Made by a program: the position numbers and the translations under genes. This document shows, piece by piece, positions 52,859 to 60,176 of a stretch of DNA of 60,176 nt. Source of the DNA: Terriglobales bacterium. GTDB taxonomy: Bacteria > Acidobacteriota > Terriglobia > Terriglobales > Acidobacteriaceae. The notes beneath the pieces are model-generated. The model was not told the origin of the DNA. It made no database searches and saw only the letters and a list, made by a program, of their open reading frames with translations. Positions within the stretch are counted from its first letter, which is position 1, and every line of letters begins with the position of its first letter. Location of the stretch: contig DASYTX010000096.1 in NCBI GenBank assembly GCA_036001865.1, positions 1 through 60,176 of the forward strand. The letters run 5' to 3'.

Positions 52859-54081
52859 TGTCGATCGAGATCAACCACGTCAGCCGTCAGTACCCTGCGC
52901 GGGCCGAGGCCAACGGCGCGGTGGTGCGTGCGCTGGACGACGTCTCGCTATCGGTGCCGGCAGGCGAGTGGCTGGCAGTAATGGGCCCTTCGGGCTCGGG
53001 CAAATCGACATTAGTTAACCTCATCGGCTGCCTCGACCGGCCCACCGCAGGCGAGATATGGCTTGAGGGCCAGAACGTTGCCACCTTCGCGGAATCGGAG
53101 CTGAACCGCTTCCGTGCCGAGAAGATCGGCTTCATCTTCCAGCAGTACCATCTCGTTCCGTACTTGACCGCGCTGGAGAACGTTCTGCTGGCGCAGTACT
53201 TCCATAGCATGACTGATCGCGCCGAGGCGCTCGAAGCACTGGAGTGCGTGGGGCTGGCGGACCGCGCCCATCATCTTCCGGCGCAGCTTTCCGGTGGCGA
53301 GCAGCAGCGCGTGTGCATCGCGCGCGCACTGATCAACGACCCTAAGATCATTCTGGCTGACGAGCCCACCGGCAATCTCGACGCCCACAACGAAGAACTG
53401 GTGCTCCGCCTGTTGCGCGAAATGCACCAGCAGGGCCGCACCATCGTGATGGTGACGCACGATCCCGTGGTAGCACGCATGGCCGACCGGCGGGTCGATC
53501 TGCACCACGGCCGCATCGCCGCCCAGGAAATCTTTTCCCTGGCCAACGACCTTCAGTTCGACGAAATCTTGGAGGAAATCTGGATACTGCACGAGAATGG
53601 CGAGCCCGCGGAGGTCGGCCGCATGCATGTGGACGGCGCGCTGCCCATCTCACTGGCCGTGGAGAAGATGGCCCACATGGATCTCATCACGGTGCGCCCG
53701 CATCCTCCCCAGCCGCACGCCCACAAAGATGTCCTCAACCGCTGCCACGAGGCCATCTGGCCGGACGGCAAGCCGGTCGGCGATGGCCACCTGATCGTGG
53801 AGTTCACCCCGCGCGGACGGCAGATGGCGGCCGACATCATCCGCCGGCACCGCCTCGCCGAACGCCTCCTCACCGAGACCCTGAAGGTACAGAGCGAAGC
53901 GGAGGTGGAGCAGCAAGCCTGCAGGTTCGAACACATTCTGTCGCCCGAGGCCACCGACAGGATCTGCTCCTTCCTCGGCCACCCGACGACTTGCCCGCAT
54001 GGCGCACCCATCCCTGCTGGTTCTTGCTGCGCAGCGAAGGCGGACCAGCACTGGTCCTCGTTTCGCGCGACCGGCGACTAG
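52858..54081 (+). CDS. ABC transporter ATP-binding protein fused to a C-terminal DtxR/IdeR-like metalloregulator module
   Basis: The ATG at 52858 overlaps the stop of the second permease (TGATG). Walker A is GPSGSGKST, the signature is LSGGEQQR, Walker B is ILADEPTGNLD and the H-loop is VTHD. The tail ..ILEEIWILHENGE..IRRHRLAERLLTETL..EQQACRFEHILSPE..FLGHPTTCPHGAPIP aligns to DtxR MRKHRLAERLLTDII..HDEACRWEHVMSDE..FGNPIP. Confidence 0.85.
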   Translation: MSIEINHVSRQYPARAEANGAVVRALDDVSLSVPAGEWLAVMGPSGSGKSTLVNLIGCLDRPTAGEIWLEGQNVATFAESELNRFRAEKIGFIFQQYHLVPYLTALENVLLAQYFHSMTDRAEALEALECVGLADRAHHLPAQLSGGEQQRVCIARALINDPKIILADEPTGNLDAHNEELVLRLLREMHQQGRTIVMVTHDPVVARMADRRVDLHHGRIAAQEIFSLANDLQFDEILEEIWILHENGEPAEVGRMHVDGALPISLAVEKMAHMDLITVRPHPPQPHAHKDVLNRCHEAIWPDGKPVGDGHLIVEFTPRGRQMAADIIRRHRLAERLLTETLKVQSEAEVEQQACRFEHILSPEATDRICSFLGHPTTCPHGAPIPAGSCCAAKADQHWSSFRATGD

Positions 54082-54090
54082 CCCCACGCC

Positions 54091-54121
54091 AAAAAACAAG
54101 GAGGGGCCAAGCGGCCTCTCC
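54091..54121 (-). terminator. rho-independent terminator of the TonB-like gene (may also stop the convergent ABC operon)
   Basis: The stem-loop GGAGGGGCC-AAGC-GGCCTCTCC is followed on the minus strand by TTGTTTTTT. Confidence 0.65.
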
Positions 54122-54155
54122 TCGAAGTGTTGAAGGCAAGACTTAAAGCAGAACT

Positions 54156-55166
54156 TTAGTACAGGCGGAAGCTGACCTCCACGTTCATCTGCACCGCCAC
54201 GGGGTGGCCGTCTTTCAGGGCGGGCTCAAACTTCCACTGCCGGACCGCCTGGAGAGCCCTCTCGTCCAAGCCCATGCCCAGGCTGCGGGCCACCCGCAAC
54301 TCACGCGGACGGCCGTCGGGTCCGACAATCAGCCACAGCACCACGGTGCCCTGATACTTCGCTTTGCGAGCTTCTTCCGAGTATTCCGGATCAGGCGTGT
54401 AGAGCGGCCGCGGGGCTGACACTCCGCCGCCAATGCGAAACACGCCGCCACCGATACCACCGCCCTTTCCCGGACCAACGCCTGGTCCTTCACCGGATCC
54501 AACTCCGCCACCAGAACCTGACCCGATGCCGCTGCCCGAGCCCGTGCCGTTCGACGGCGGCCCCACGACCTTTGCCATGGGATCACCCAGGCTGGGCAGG
54601 TTGTTAGAGGGCAGCTTCACTTGCGGAGGAATCACGACTGTAGGCTCGACGGGAAGTTTGGGAGCAACATTGCGTACCACCACCGCGGGCGGGGTGATCT
54701 GCTCCATGGCCAGTTTCGGCAACCGGCCCTTAGGAGCTTCCAGCTTGTCACGGTCGCCGCCGCCTCCGCCACCGCCAACGGTGTCGTTAGGCTTGTTAGA
54801 AATTGGCATGTAAACGGAGATGTCGGGAGAGATCAAGCTGACGACTTGTTGATTCTTGACTTCCTGCACCACCCTGCTGCCCAGGACCGACAGGGCAATC
54901 AACGCGCCCACCATGGCTGTGTGCGCCAGCAGAGAGCCAAATGTGGCCGTCTTTTTGTGCTGGGACTCGCCCCAGATCTCACGCACCCTGACAGGGCGTG
55001 AGGTCAACTTCAGGGGCGGGAGCTTCTGCGGAAACAAGTTGTCGCGGAGGTTCTCTTTGAGGGAACTCCACCACGACTTATCCATATTGAGCATCAGCCG
55101 ACGCAGGTGCTTGTCAGCGTCGCTGAGCGCGATGTCCTGACGCGGGATTAAAACCTGGTTCGCCAT
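54156..55166 (-). CDS. TonB-family energy transducer with long Pro- and Gly-rich linkers
   Basis: The TM segment is LLAHTAMVGALIALSVL. A Pro/Val-rich segment and then GSGSGIGSGSGGGVGSGEGPGVGPGKGGGIGGG follow. The TonB_C domain is YTPDPEYSEEARKAKYQGTVVLWLIVGPDGRP..V..SLGMGLDE.A..AV..WKFEPA. Confidence 0.8.
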   Translation of the reverse strand: MANQVLIPRQDIALSDADKHLRRLMLNMDKSWWSSLKENLRDNLFPQKLPPLKLTSRPVRVREIWGESQHKKTATFGSLLAHTAMVGALIALSVLGSRVVQEVKNQQVVSLISPDISVYMPISNKPNDTVGGGGGGGDRDKLEAPKGRLPKLAMEQITPPAVVVRNVAPKLPVEPTVVIPPQVKLPSNNLPSLGDPMAKVVGPPSNGTGSGSGIGSGSGGGVGSGEGPGVGPGKGGGIGGGVFRIGGGVSAPRPLYTPDPEYSEEARKAKYQGTVVLWLIVGPDGRPRELRVARSLGMGLDERALQAVRQWKFEPALKDGHPVAVQMNVEVSFRLY

Positions 55167-55635
55167 ACCTATTTTCTCGGCCGCAAATCACTTGGCAGCT
55201 TCACCGCCAGCGGGTAGTCACCTCTAGGAAGATGGTCAGCGGCGGTTGCAAGTTGCTTGCTCCCAATTTTCCGCGCAACCGCGCCAGTAACATGAGCATA
55301 GTCTTCAGTTTAGATGCTGCTTGCAACCACCAGGAAGCAGCCGACCTGCGAATTCCGCACCAACTCGGTCAACACCATGGTGTATCGCCGCCAGCCGGCG
55401 CGACAGGTTCCTTTGGGACGATGACCCCCGGGCACAAGTGTATGAGCAAATGGACTGAGGCGAGAACACGCTGCGAACTCGTACCAGCGGCCTAATAGAC
55501 GGCATTTCCACCACCACCTATAATCGCATATCGGTTCTCCCATCTTGCCTTTTGCAACGGCTATGGGACCAATGGTCGACATCCCTGGCCCCCAAAGAAT
55601 GGGCTGCAGGCAATCCCAAAGACCTCGGAACGAGT

Positions 55636-58449
55636 ATGAAAGCGCCTCTGGATCTGAAATCGACGCTGAACCTGCCCAAGACCAGCTTCGCCATGAAGGC
55701 AAACCTCCCACAGAACGAACCCAAGATGCTGGCTCGCTGGGAACAGATGCGTATTTATGACCGCATCCGGCAGTCGCGGCGCGGTGCGCCCCTCTACGTC
55801 CTGCATGACGGCCCACCCTATGCCAACGGTCCCATCCACCTTGGGACCGCACTCAACAAGTGCCTGAAGGATTTCGTAGTTAAGTCAAAAACTATGGCCG
55901 GTTTTGATGCACCCTACATCCCAGGCTGGGATTGCCACGGCCTTCCCATCGAGATCAAAGTCGACGAAGCCCTGGGCCGCAAGAAACTGCAGATGGCGCC
56001 TATCGAGGTCCGGCAGGCCTGCCGCAAGTACGCCGAGAAATACCTCGACCTGCAGCGCGCACAGTTCAAACGCATCGGTGTCTTTGGACGTTTCGATGAG
56101 CCCTACTCAACTATGACGCCGCAGTACGAGGCCGTGGTGCTTCAGACGCTCTTTACGTTTTTTGACAAGGGTGCGGTCTATAAGGGTCTGCGGCCGGTTT
56201 ACTGGTGCATCCACGACAAGACCGCGCTAGCCGAGGCCGAAGTCGAGTACGAAAACCACACCAGCCCCTCGATCTGGGTTCGCTTCCCGCTGGCACAGGA
56301 AAACGCCAGATTAGGCAGCGATGTGCACGCTTTGGCTTGGACGACCACCCCGTGGTCACTGCCGGGAACCTTCGCGCTGGCATTTCACCCGGACTACGAG
56401 TATGTGGTGGTGGAAAGTGACGCCGGTGCGCTGTTGCTTGCTGCGGAGCGGTTGGCGGCAGTCGCCGCCGAAACGGGTATCAACCCAGAACACGTCAGGA
56501 GCGTGGGAAAAGGCAAGGACCTCGAGGGCCTCGAGTTCCATCACCCGTTCGCAGGGTTTCGGGTTCCCGCAGTGCTAGCGGACTATGTCACTCTCGACCG
56601 CGGCACCGGTGTGGTCACAACTGCTCCCGGCCACGGCACGGAGGACTTTTATACGGGTCAGAAATACGGCCTTCGAGTCTACGCGCCGCTGGATGACACG
56701 GGGACATTCGTGGAGGGCCTGCCAGAGTATCGCGGCAAGACAGTCTTTGAAGCGAACCCGGCGATTATCGCTCTGCTGCGGGAACGGGGCGCGTTGCTGG
56801 CAGAGGGCAAGCTTTCCCATTCCTATCCCCACTGCTGGCGGTGTCACAATCCGGTGGTCTTCCGCGCCACCGAACAGTGGTTTATCGCCATGGAGGCCGA
56901 TCTGGGAGGCGGTGCGACCCTGCGCCAGCGCGCGTTGGATGAAATAGCCAAAGTGAAGTGGGACCCGGCCTGGGGCGAGGAGCGCATCTCCAACATGGTC
57001 GCCACCCGCCCCGACTGGTGCATCTCCCGCCAGCGCGTCTGGGGGGTGCCCATCGCGGTTTTCTTCTGCGAGCCTTGCAAGGAACTCTTGCGCTCGGGGG
57101 AAGTGGATCGGGCAGTCGTCGACCTGGTGGCGCGTGAGGGTGTGGATGCCTGGTACACGCGCGAGGCAGCGTCCATCCTGCCGCCGGGCACTAAGTGCGC
57201 GCGATGTGGGGGCACGCATTTCCGCAAGGAGATGGACATCATCGACGTCTGGTTTGAGTCCGGCTCCAGCTACCTGACGCTACACCAGGCCGAGAAGGAC
57301 CTGCCGTGGCCATCCGACCTCTACCTCGAAGGCGGCGATCAGTACCGCGGCTGGTTTCACTCTTCCCTGCTCTGTGCCGTGGGCGCGAAGAACCAGTCGC
57401 CCTACAAAATGGTTGCCACCAACGGCTGGACGCTGGATCCGCAGGGACGCGCCATGTCCAAGTCGGTGGGCAATGTCGTGGACCCTGTTGATATCGCCAA
57501 CCGGCTCGGGGGCGAGATCGTGCGTCTGTGGGTGGCGTCGGTCGATTTTCGCGAGGACGTCCGCGCCTCCGAAGACCTCATGCAGCGCATCGCCGACCAG
57601 TACCGCAAGATCCGCAACACCTTCCGCTTTGCGCTGCAGAATCTGTACGACTTCGACCCGCGGCAGGATGTGGTCGAATTTGCCGCCATGCAGTCTTTCG
57701 ACCAGTTCATGCTGCTCGAGACCGCTCGCCTGGCCGATGAGGTCGCCCACTGGCATGAGGAGTTCCAGTTCCACAAGGTCTACCAGCGGCTGCTGAAATT
57801 CTGCGTAGTGGATCTGAGCGCGTTGTACTTCGACGTGCTCAAGGACCGGCTGTACACCTATGCGCCCAACTCCCGTGGGCGCCGATCGGCCCAGACCGCC
57901 GTCTGGCGCATTGCCGAGACGCTAGTGCGCCTGTTTGCGCCCATGATGAGCTTTACCGTGGACGAAATCTGGCACTATCTACCCACCTTGCAGGGCCGCC
58001 CCGAGAGTGTCCACCTGGCGCGTTTCGCCTCGCGGAAAGAGATCCTCGCCGACGCCGTTGGCGATCTTGACGTCCTGCGTGCCGAATGGGAGACCCTGCT
58101 GGCCGTCCGCGAAGAAGTCATGAGAGCCCTTGAAATAGCCCGCAGCTCCAAGCTGATCGGCAGCGGCCTCGAGGCCAACCTTCGCGTTTCGGCGCCCGAG
58201 GCCATCTATCCCGTCCTGGCGAAGCATGCCGACGAGCTGCGCTATCTTTTCATCGTTTCCGCGGTGGAACTGGAACGCGGGGCTTCCGGCAATGGGGCCA
58301 GCGGCATCCGAGTGGATGTGACCAAAGCGCCGGGACAGAAGTGTGAGCGTTGCTGGAACTACTCCACCCGCGTTGGGGAGAACCGGACGTATCCTACGAT
58401 TTGCGAGCGTTGCGCCGCAGCGCTGAAAGAAATGGAGAGCAGCAGGTAA
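55636..58449 (+). CDS. ileS: isoleucine--tRNA ligase (type 1, C-terminal Zn finger)
   Basis: The HIGH motif is PPYANGPIHLGT, the KMSKS motif is AMSKSVGN, and the C-terminal part reads CERCWNY..CERC. I prefer the ATG at 55636 over the track start at 55552. Confidence 0.95.
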   Translation: MKAPLDLKSTLNLPKTSFAMKANLPQNEPKMLARWEQMRIYDRIRQSRRGAPLYVLHDGPPYANGPIHLGTALNKCLKDFVVKSKTMAGFDAPYIPGWDCHGLPIEIKVDEALGRKKLQMAPIEVRQACRKYAEKYLDLQRAQFKRIGVFGRFDEPYSTMTPQYEAVVLQTLFTFFDKGAVYKGLRPVYWCIHDKTALAEAEVEYENHTSPSIWVRFPLAQENARLGSDVHALAWTTTPWSLPGTFALAFHPDYEYVVVESDAGALLLAAERLAAVAAETGINPEHVRSVGKGKDLEGLEFHHPFAGFRVPAVLADYVTLDRGTGVVTTAPGHGTEDFYTGQKYGLRVYAPLDDTGTFVEGLPEYRGKTVFEANPAIIALLRERGALLAEGKLSHSYPHCWRCHNPVVFRATEQWFIAMEADLGGGATLRQRALDEIAKVKWDPAWGEERISNMVATRPDWCISRQRVWGVPIAVFFCEPCKELLRSGEVDRAVVDLVAREGVDAWYTREAASILPPGTKCARCGGTHFRKEMDIIDVWFESGSSYLTLHQAEKDLPWPSDLYLEGGDQYRGWFHSSLLCAVGAKNQSPYKMVATNGWTLDPQGRAMSKSVGNVVDPVDIANRLGGEIVRLWVASVDFREDVRASEDLMQRIADQYRKIRNTFRFALQNLYDFDPRQDVVEFAAMQSFDQFMLLETARLADEVAHWHEEFQFHKVYQRLLKFCVVDLSALYFDVLKDRLYTYAPNSRGRRSAQTAVWRIAETLVRLFAPMMSFTVDEIWHYLPTLQGRPESVHLARFASRKEILADAVGDLDVLRAEWETLLAVREEVMRALEIARSSKLIGSGLEANLRVSAPEAIYPVLAKHADELRYLFIVSAVELERGASGNGASGIRVDVTKAPGQKCERCWNYSTRVGENRTYPTICERCAAALKEMESSR

Positions 58450-58457
58450 TCCGACCC

Positions 58458-58982
58458 ATGTTCCAAGCGCACGCCATGCGAAAGTACCATTTCCTGATTG
58501 CCCTGCTGGTGTTGCTGCTCGACCGGCTGAGCAAGTGGCTGGTTGCTGAGCGTATCGCCCTGCACGAGAGCATCAGCATCGTGCCCGGGTTCTTCCGCCT
58601 CACCCACGTTGAGAACCGTGGGGCCGCCTTCGGCCTGTTCTCCGACTCGCCTTCGGAGTGGAAAGTGGCCGTGCTGATCCTGTTCTCGCTGGTGGCGCTG
58701 GTGGTGGTCTCGGCCCTGCTCTGGAAGAACAGTCATACCGTAAGCATTACCGGCTTCGGCCTGGCCCTGATCCTGGGCGGGGCGGTGGGCAATTTGTGGG
58801 ACCGCTTGGCGGACGGCCACGTGGTGGATTTCCTCGACTTCAGCATCGCCGGCTACCACTGGCCGGCATTTAACGTGGCCGATAGCGCCATCGTCGTCGG
58901 TGCCCTGTTGCTGGTGGCCGAGATCGTGTTCGCCAAGCCTTCGGAGAAGAAGGCGTCGCCGGAAGCCGCCAAGCGCGCCTAG
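58458..58982 (+). CDS. lspA: lipoprotein signal peptidase II
   Basis: LDRLSKWLV, ..NRGAAFG.., ..GGAVGNLWDR.. and VVDFLDF..WPAFNVADS are present. The gene starts 9 nt after the ileS stop, the classic ileS-lspA pairing. Confidence 0.9.
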   Translation: MFQAHAMRKYHFLIALLVLLLDRLSKWLVAERIALHESISIVPGFFRLTHVENRGAAFGLFSDSPSEWKVAVLILFSLVALVVVSALLWKNSHTVSITGFGLALILGGAVGNLWDRLADGHVVDFLDFSIAGYHWPAFNVADSAIVVGALLLVAEIVFAKPSEKKASPEAAKRA

Positions 58983-58993
58983 ACTGTTGTACC

Positions 58994-59016
58994 AGCTGCT
59001 CGTGCAGCTTTTTTCG
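58994..59016 (+). terminator. rho-independent terminator after lspA
   Basis: The stem-loop AGCTGC-TCGT-GCAGCT is followed by TTTTTTC. Confidence 0.7.
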
Positions 59017-59061
59017 GGTTTTTGGCGGGACTTCGAAAAATCAAACAAGGAGACCTCCTTC

Positions 59062-60176
59062 ATGGCAGCTCTTCATGTTGCCACTCAGCAGGATGAGGAT
59101 CTAAACCCCTTCCGCATCGCTCTCCACCAGTTCGACACCGCAGCGGATAAAATGAATCTCGACCCTGGGCTTCGTGAAGTGCTGCGCCGGCCACGCCGCG
59201 CGCTTTCGCTGACGTTGCCGGTGAAGATGGACAACGGCTCTATTCGCGTGTTCGAGGCCTTCCGCGTGCAGCACAGCGCGGCGCGGGGGCCGTGCAAGGG
59301 CGGCATCCGCTACCATCCCAACGTCACCTTCGACGAAGTATGCGCACTGGCGTCATGGATGACGTGGAAGTGCGCCACCGTGAACCTCCCCTTCGGCGGC
59401 GCCAAGGGCGGTATCGTCTGCGATCCCAAGCATCTGTCGAAAACCGAACTGGAGCGGCTGACCCGCCGCTACGCCTACGAAATCTCGCCCATCATCGGCC
59501 CCGCGGTGGACATTCCCGCGCCCGACGTCTATACAGACTCCCAGATCATGGCGTGGATCATGGACACTTACAGCATGACCCACTGGCAAAGCTCGCCCGG
59601 CGTGGTGACCGGCAAGCCCACGTTTCTCGGCGGATCGTTCGGGCGCAACGAAGCCACCGCCCGCGGCTGCTTCTTCGTCGTGCGTTCGGCCTGCAAGGTG
59701 CTCGGCATCGATTTGGCCAAAGCGACCGTTGCCATCCAGGGCTTCGGTAACGCGGGCAGCATTGCGGCGGAATTGCTGCACCGGCACGGGGCCCGCGTCG
59801 TGGCAGTCAGCGATTCCAGCGGCGGCATTTTGAACCGCTCGGGGATGGACATCCCTGCCTTGCTGGCACACAAGCATCGCACCGGATCAGTTGAGAGCTT
59901 TCCCGGCACCACGCCGCTCAGCAGCGAGGCTGTGCTGGAAGTCGAGTGTGACATTCTCATCCCCGCGGCCCTGGAGAACCAGATCACTTTGGCCAACGCT
60001 GACCATGTGCGCGCCCGTATCGTGGCCGAGGCCGCCAACGGCCCTACCACGCCCGGCGCCGATGCCGTCCTTCGCGAAAAAGGGATCATGGTATTGCCCG
60101 ACATCCTGGCCAATGCCGGCGGCGTGACCGTCTCCTATTTTGAGTGGGTGCAGGACCTGCAGGAGCTGTTCTGGGA
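59062..60176 (+). CDS. gdh: Glu/Leu/Phe/Val-family glutamate dehydrogenase (3' partial, runs off the window end)
   Basis: This ORF is absent from the supplied track because it has no stop in the window. The ATG follows AAGGAGA. My own translation gives ..GPCKGGIRYHP..MTWKCATVNLPFGGAKGG.., GFGNAGS, EAANGPTT and PDILANAGGVTVSYFEWVQ. Confidence 0.9.
   Translation, partial: MAALHVATQQDEDLNPFRIALHQFDTAADKMNLDPGLREVLRRPRRALSLTLPVKMDNGSIRVFEAFRVQHSAARGPCKGGIRYHPNVTFDEVCALASWMTWKCATVNLPFGGAKGGIVCDPKHLSKTELERLTRRYAYEISPIIGPAVDIPAPDVYTDSQIMAWIMDTYSMTHWQSSPGVVTGKPTFLGGSFGRNEATARGCFFVVRSACKVLGIDLAKATVAIQGFGNAGSIAAELLHRHGARVVAVSDSSGGILNRSGMDIPALLAHKHRTGSVESFPGTTPLSSEAVLEVECDILIPAALENQITLANADHVRARIVAEAANGPTTPGADAVLREKGIMVLPDILANAGGVTVSYFEWVQDLQELFW

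Noticed and set aside
55315-55345. A CCAGGAAGCAGCC motif resembling SRP (4.5S) RNA domain IV
   Set aside because: The flanking sequence cannot form the conserved GNRA-capped helix with the symmetric and asymmetric loops (no GGUCC-GGAA-GGA pairing). It is most likely chance similarity.
1-60176. CRISPR arrays, IS elements, integrases, prophage or defence-island genes
   Set aside because: I saw no direct-repeat and spacer periodicity of 25-40 nt, no transposase or integrase-like ORFs, and no terminal inverted repeats. The tRNA-Asp/tRNA-Val pair is not flanked by integrase genes or duplicated tRNA 3' ends.

Overview
This is a high-GC, gene-dense, mostly housekeeping chromosomal segment. I support about 59 protein genes, one tmRNA and two tRNAs. 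I found no CRISPR array, transposase, integrase or prophage signature. The gene content includes a TPR Ser/Thr kinase, a sortase next to a lone substrate, BshA, a TonB with a long Gly-rich linker, and tandem heptamer arrays in intergenic DNA. That content suggests an Acidobacteriota-like diderm, but this is a low-confidence inference. Core genes recognised include dnaX-ybaB-recR, ssrA, aceE, tRNA-Asp and tRNA-Val, smc, ileS-lspA, polX, cspA-like, ribA, lepB, mutT and gdh (3' partial). Four loci deserve the most follow-up. (1) At 11.1-13.8 kb, a soluble MgtE-type cytosolic sensor (PRC-barrel, MgtE_N and a CBS pair, with no pore domain) sits directly upstream of an NRAMP whose metal-site motifs are DAGG and APW instead of DPGN and MPH. 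I read this as a possible two-polypeptide Mg2+ uptake and gating system. (2) At 49.2-54.1 kb, an FTR1::DUF2318 fusion, two FtsX-type permeases and an ABC ATPase fused to a complete DtxR/IdeR-like iron-sensor module form one operon. A sigma70-like promoter overlapped by a 7-N8-7 palindrome lies upstream. (3) At 40.4-41.8 kb, a sortase is tightly coupled to one secreted protein that carries a non-canonical LLRTS-TM-basic tail. (4) Families of tandem heptanucleotide arrays lie immediately 3' of several genes. One pair forms a roughly 27-bp inverted heptamer hairpin between ybaB and recR. All functional calls come from reading motifs by eye, because no database search was possible.
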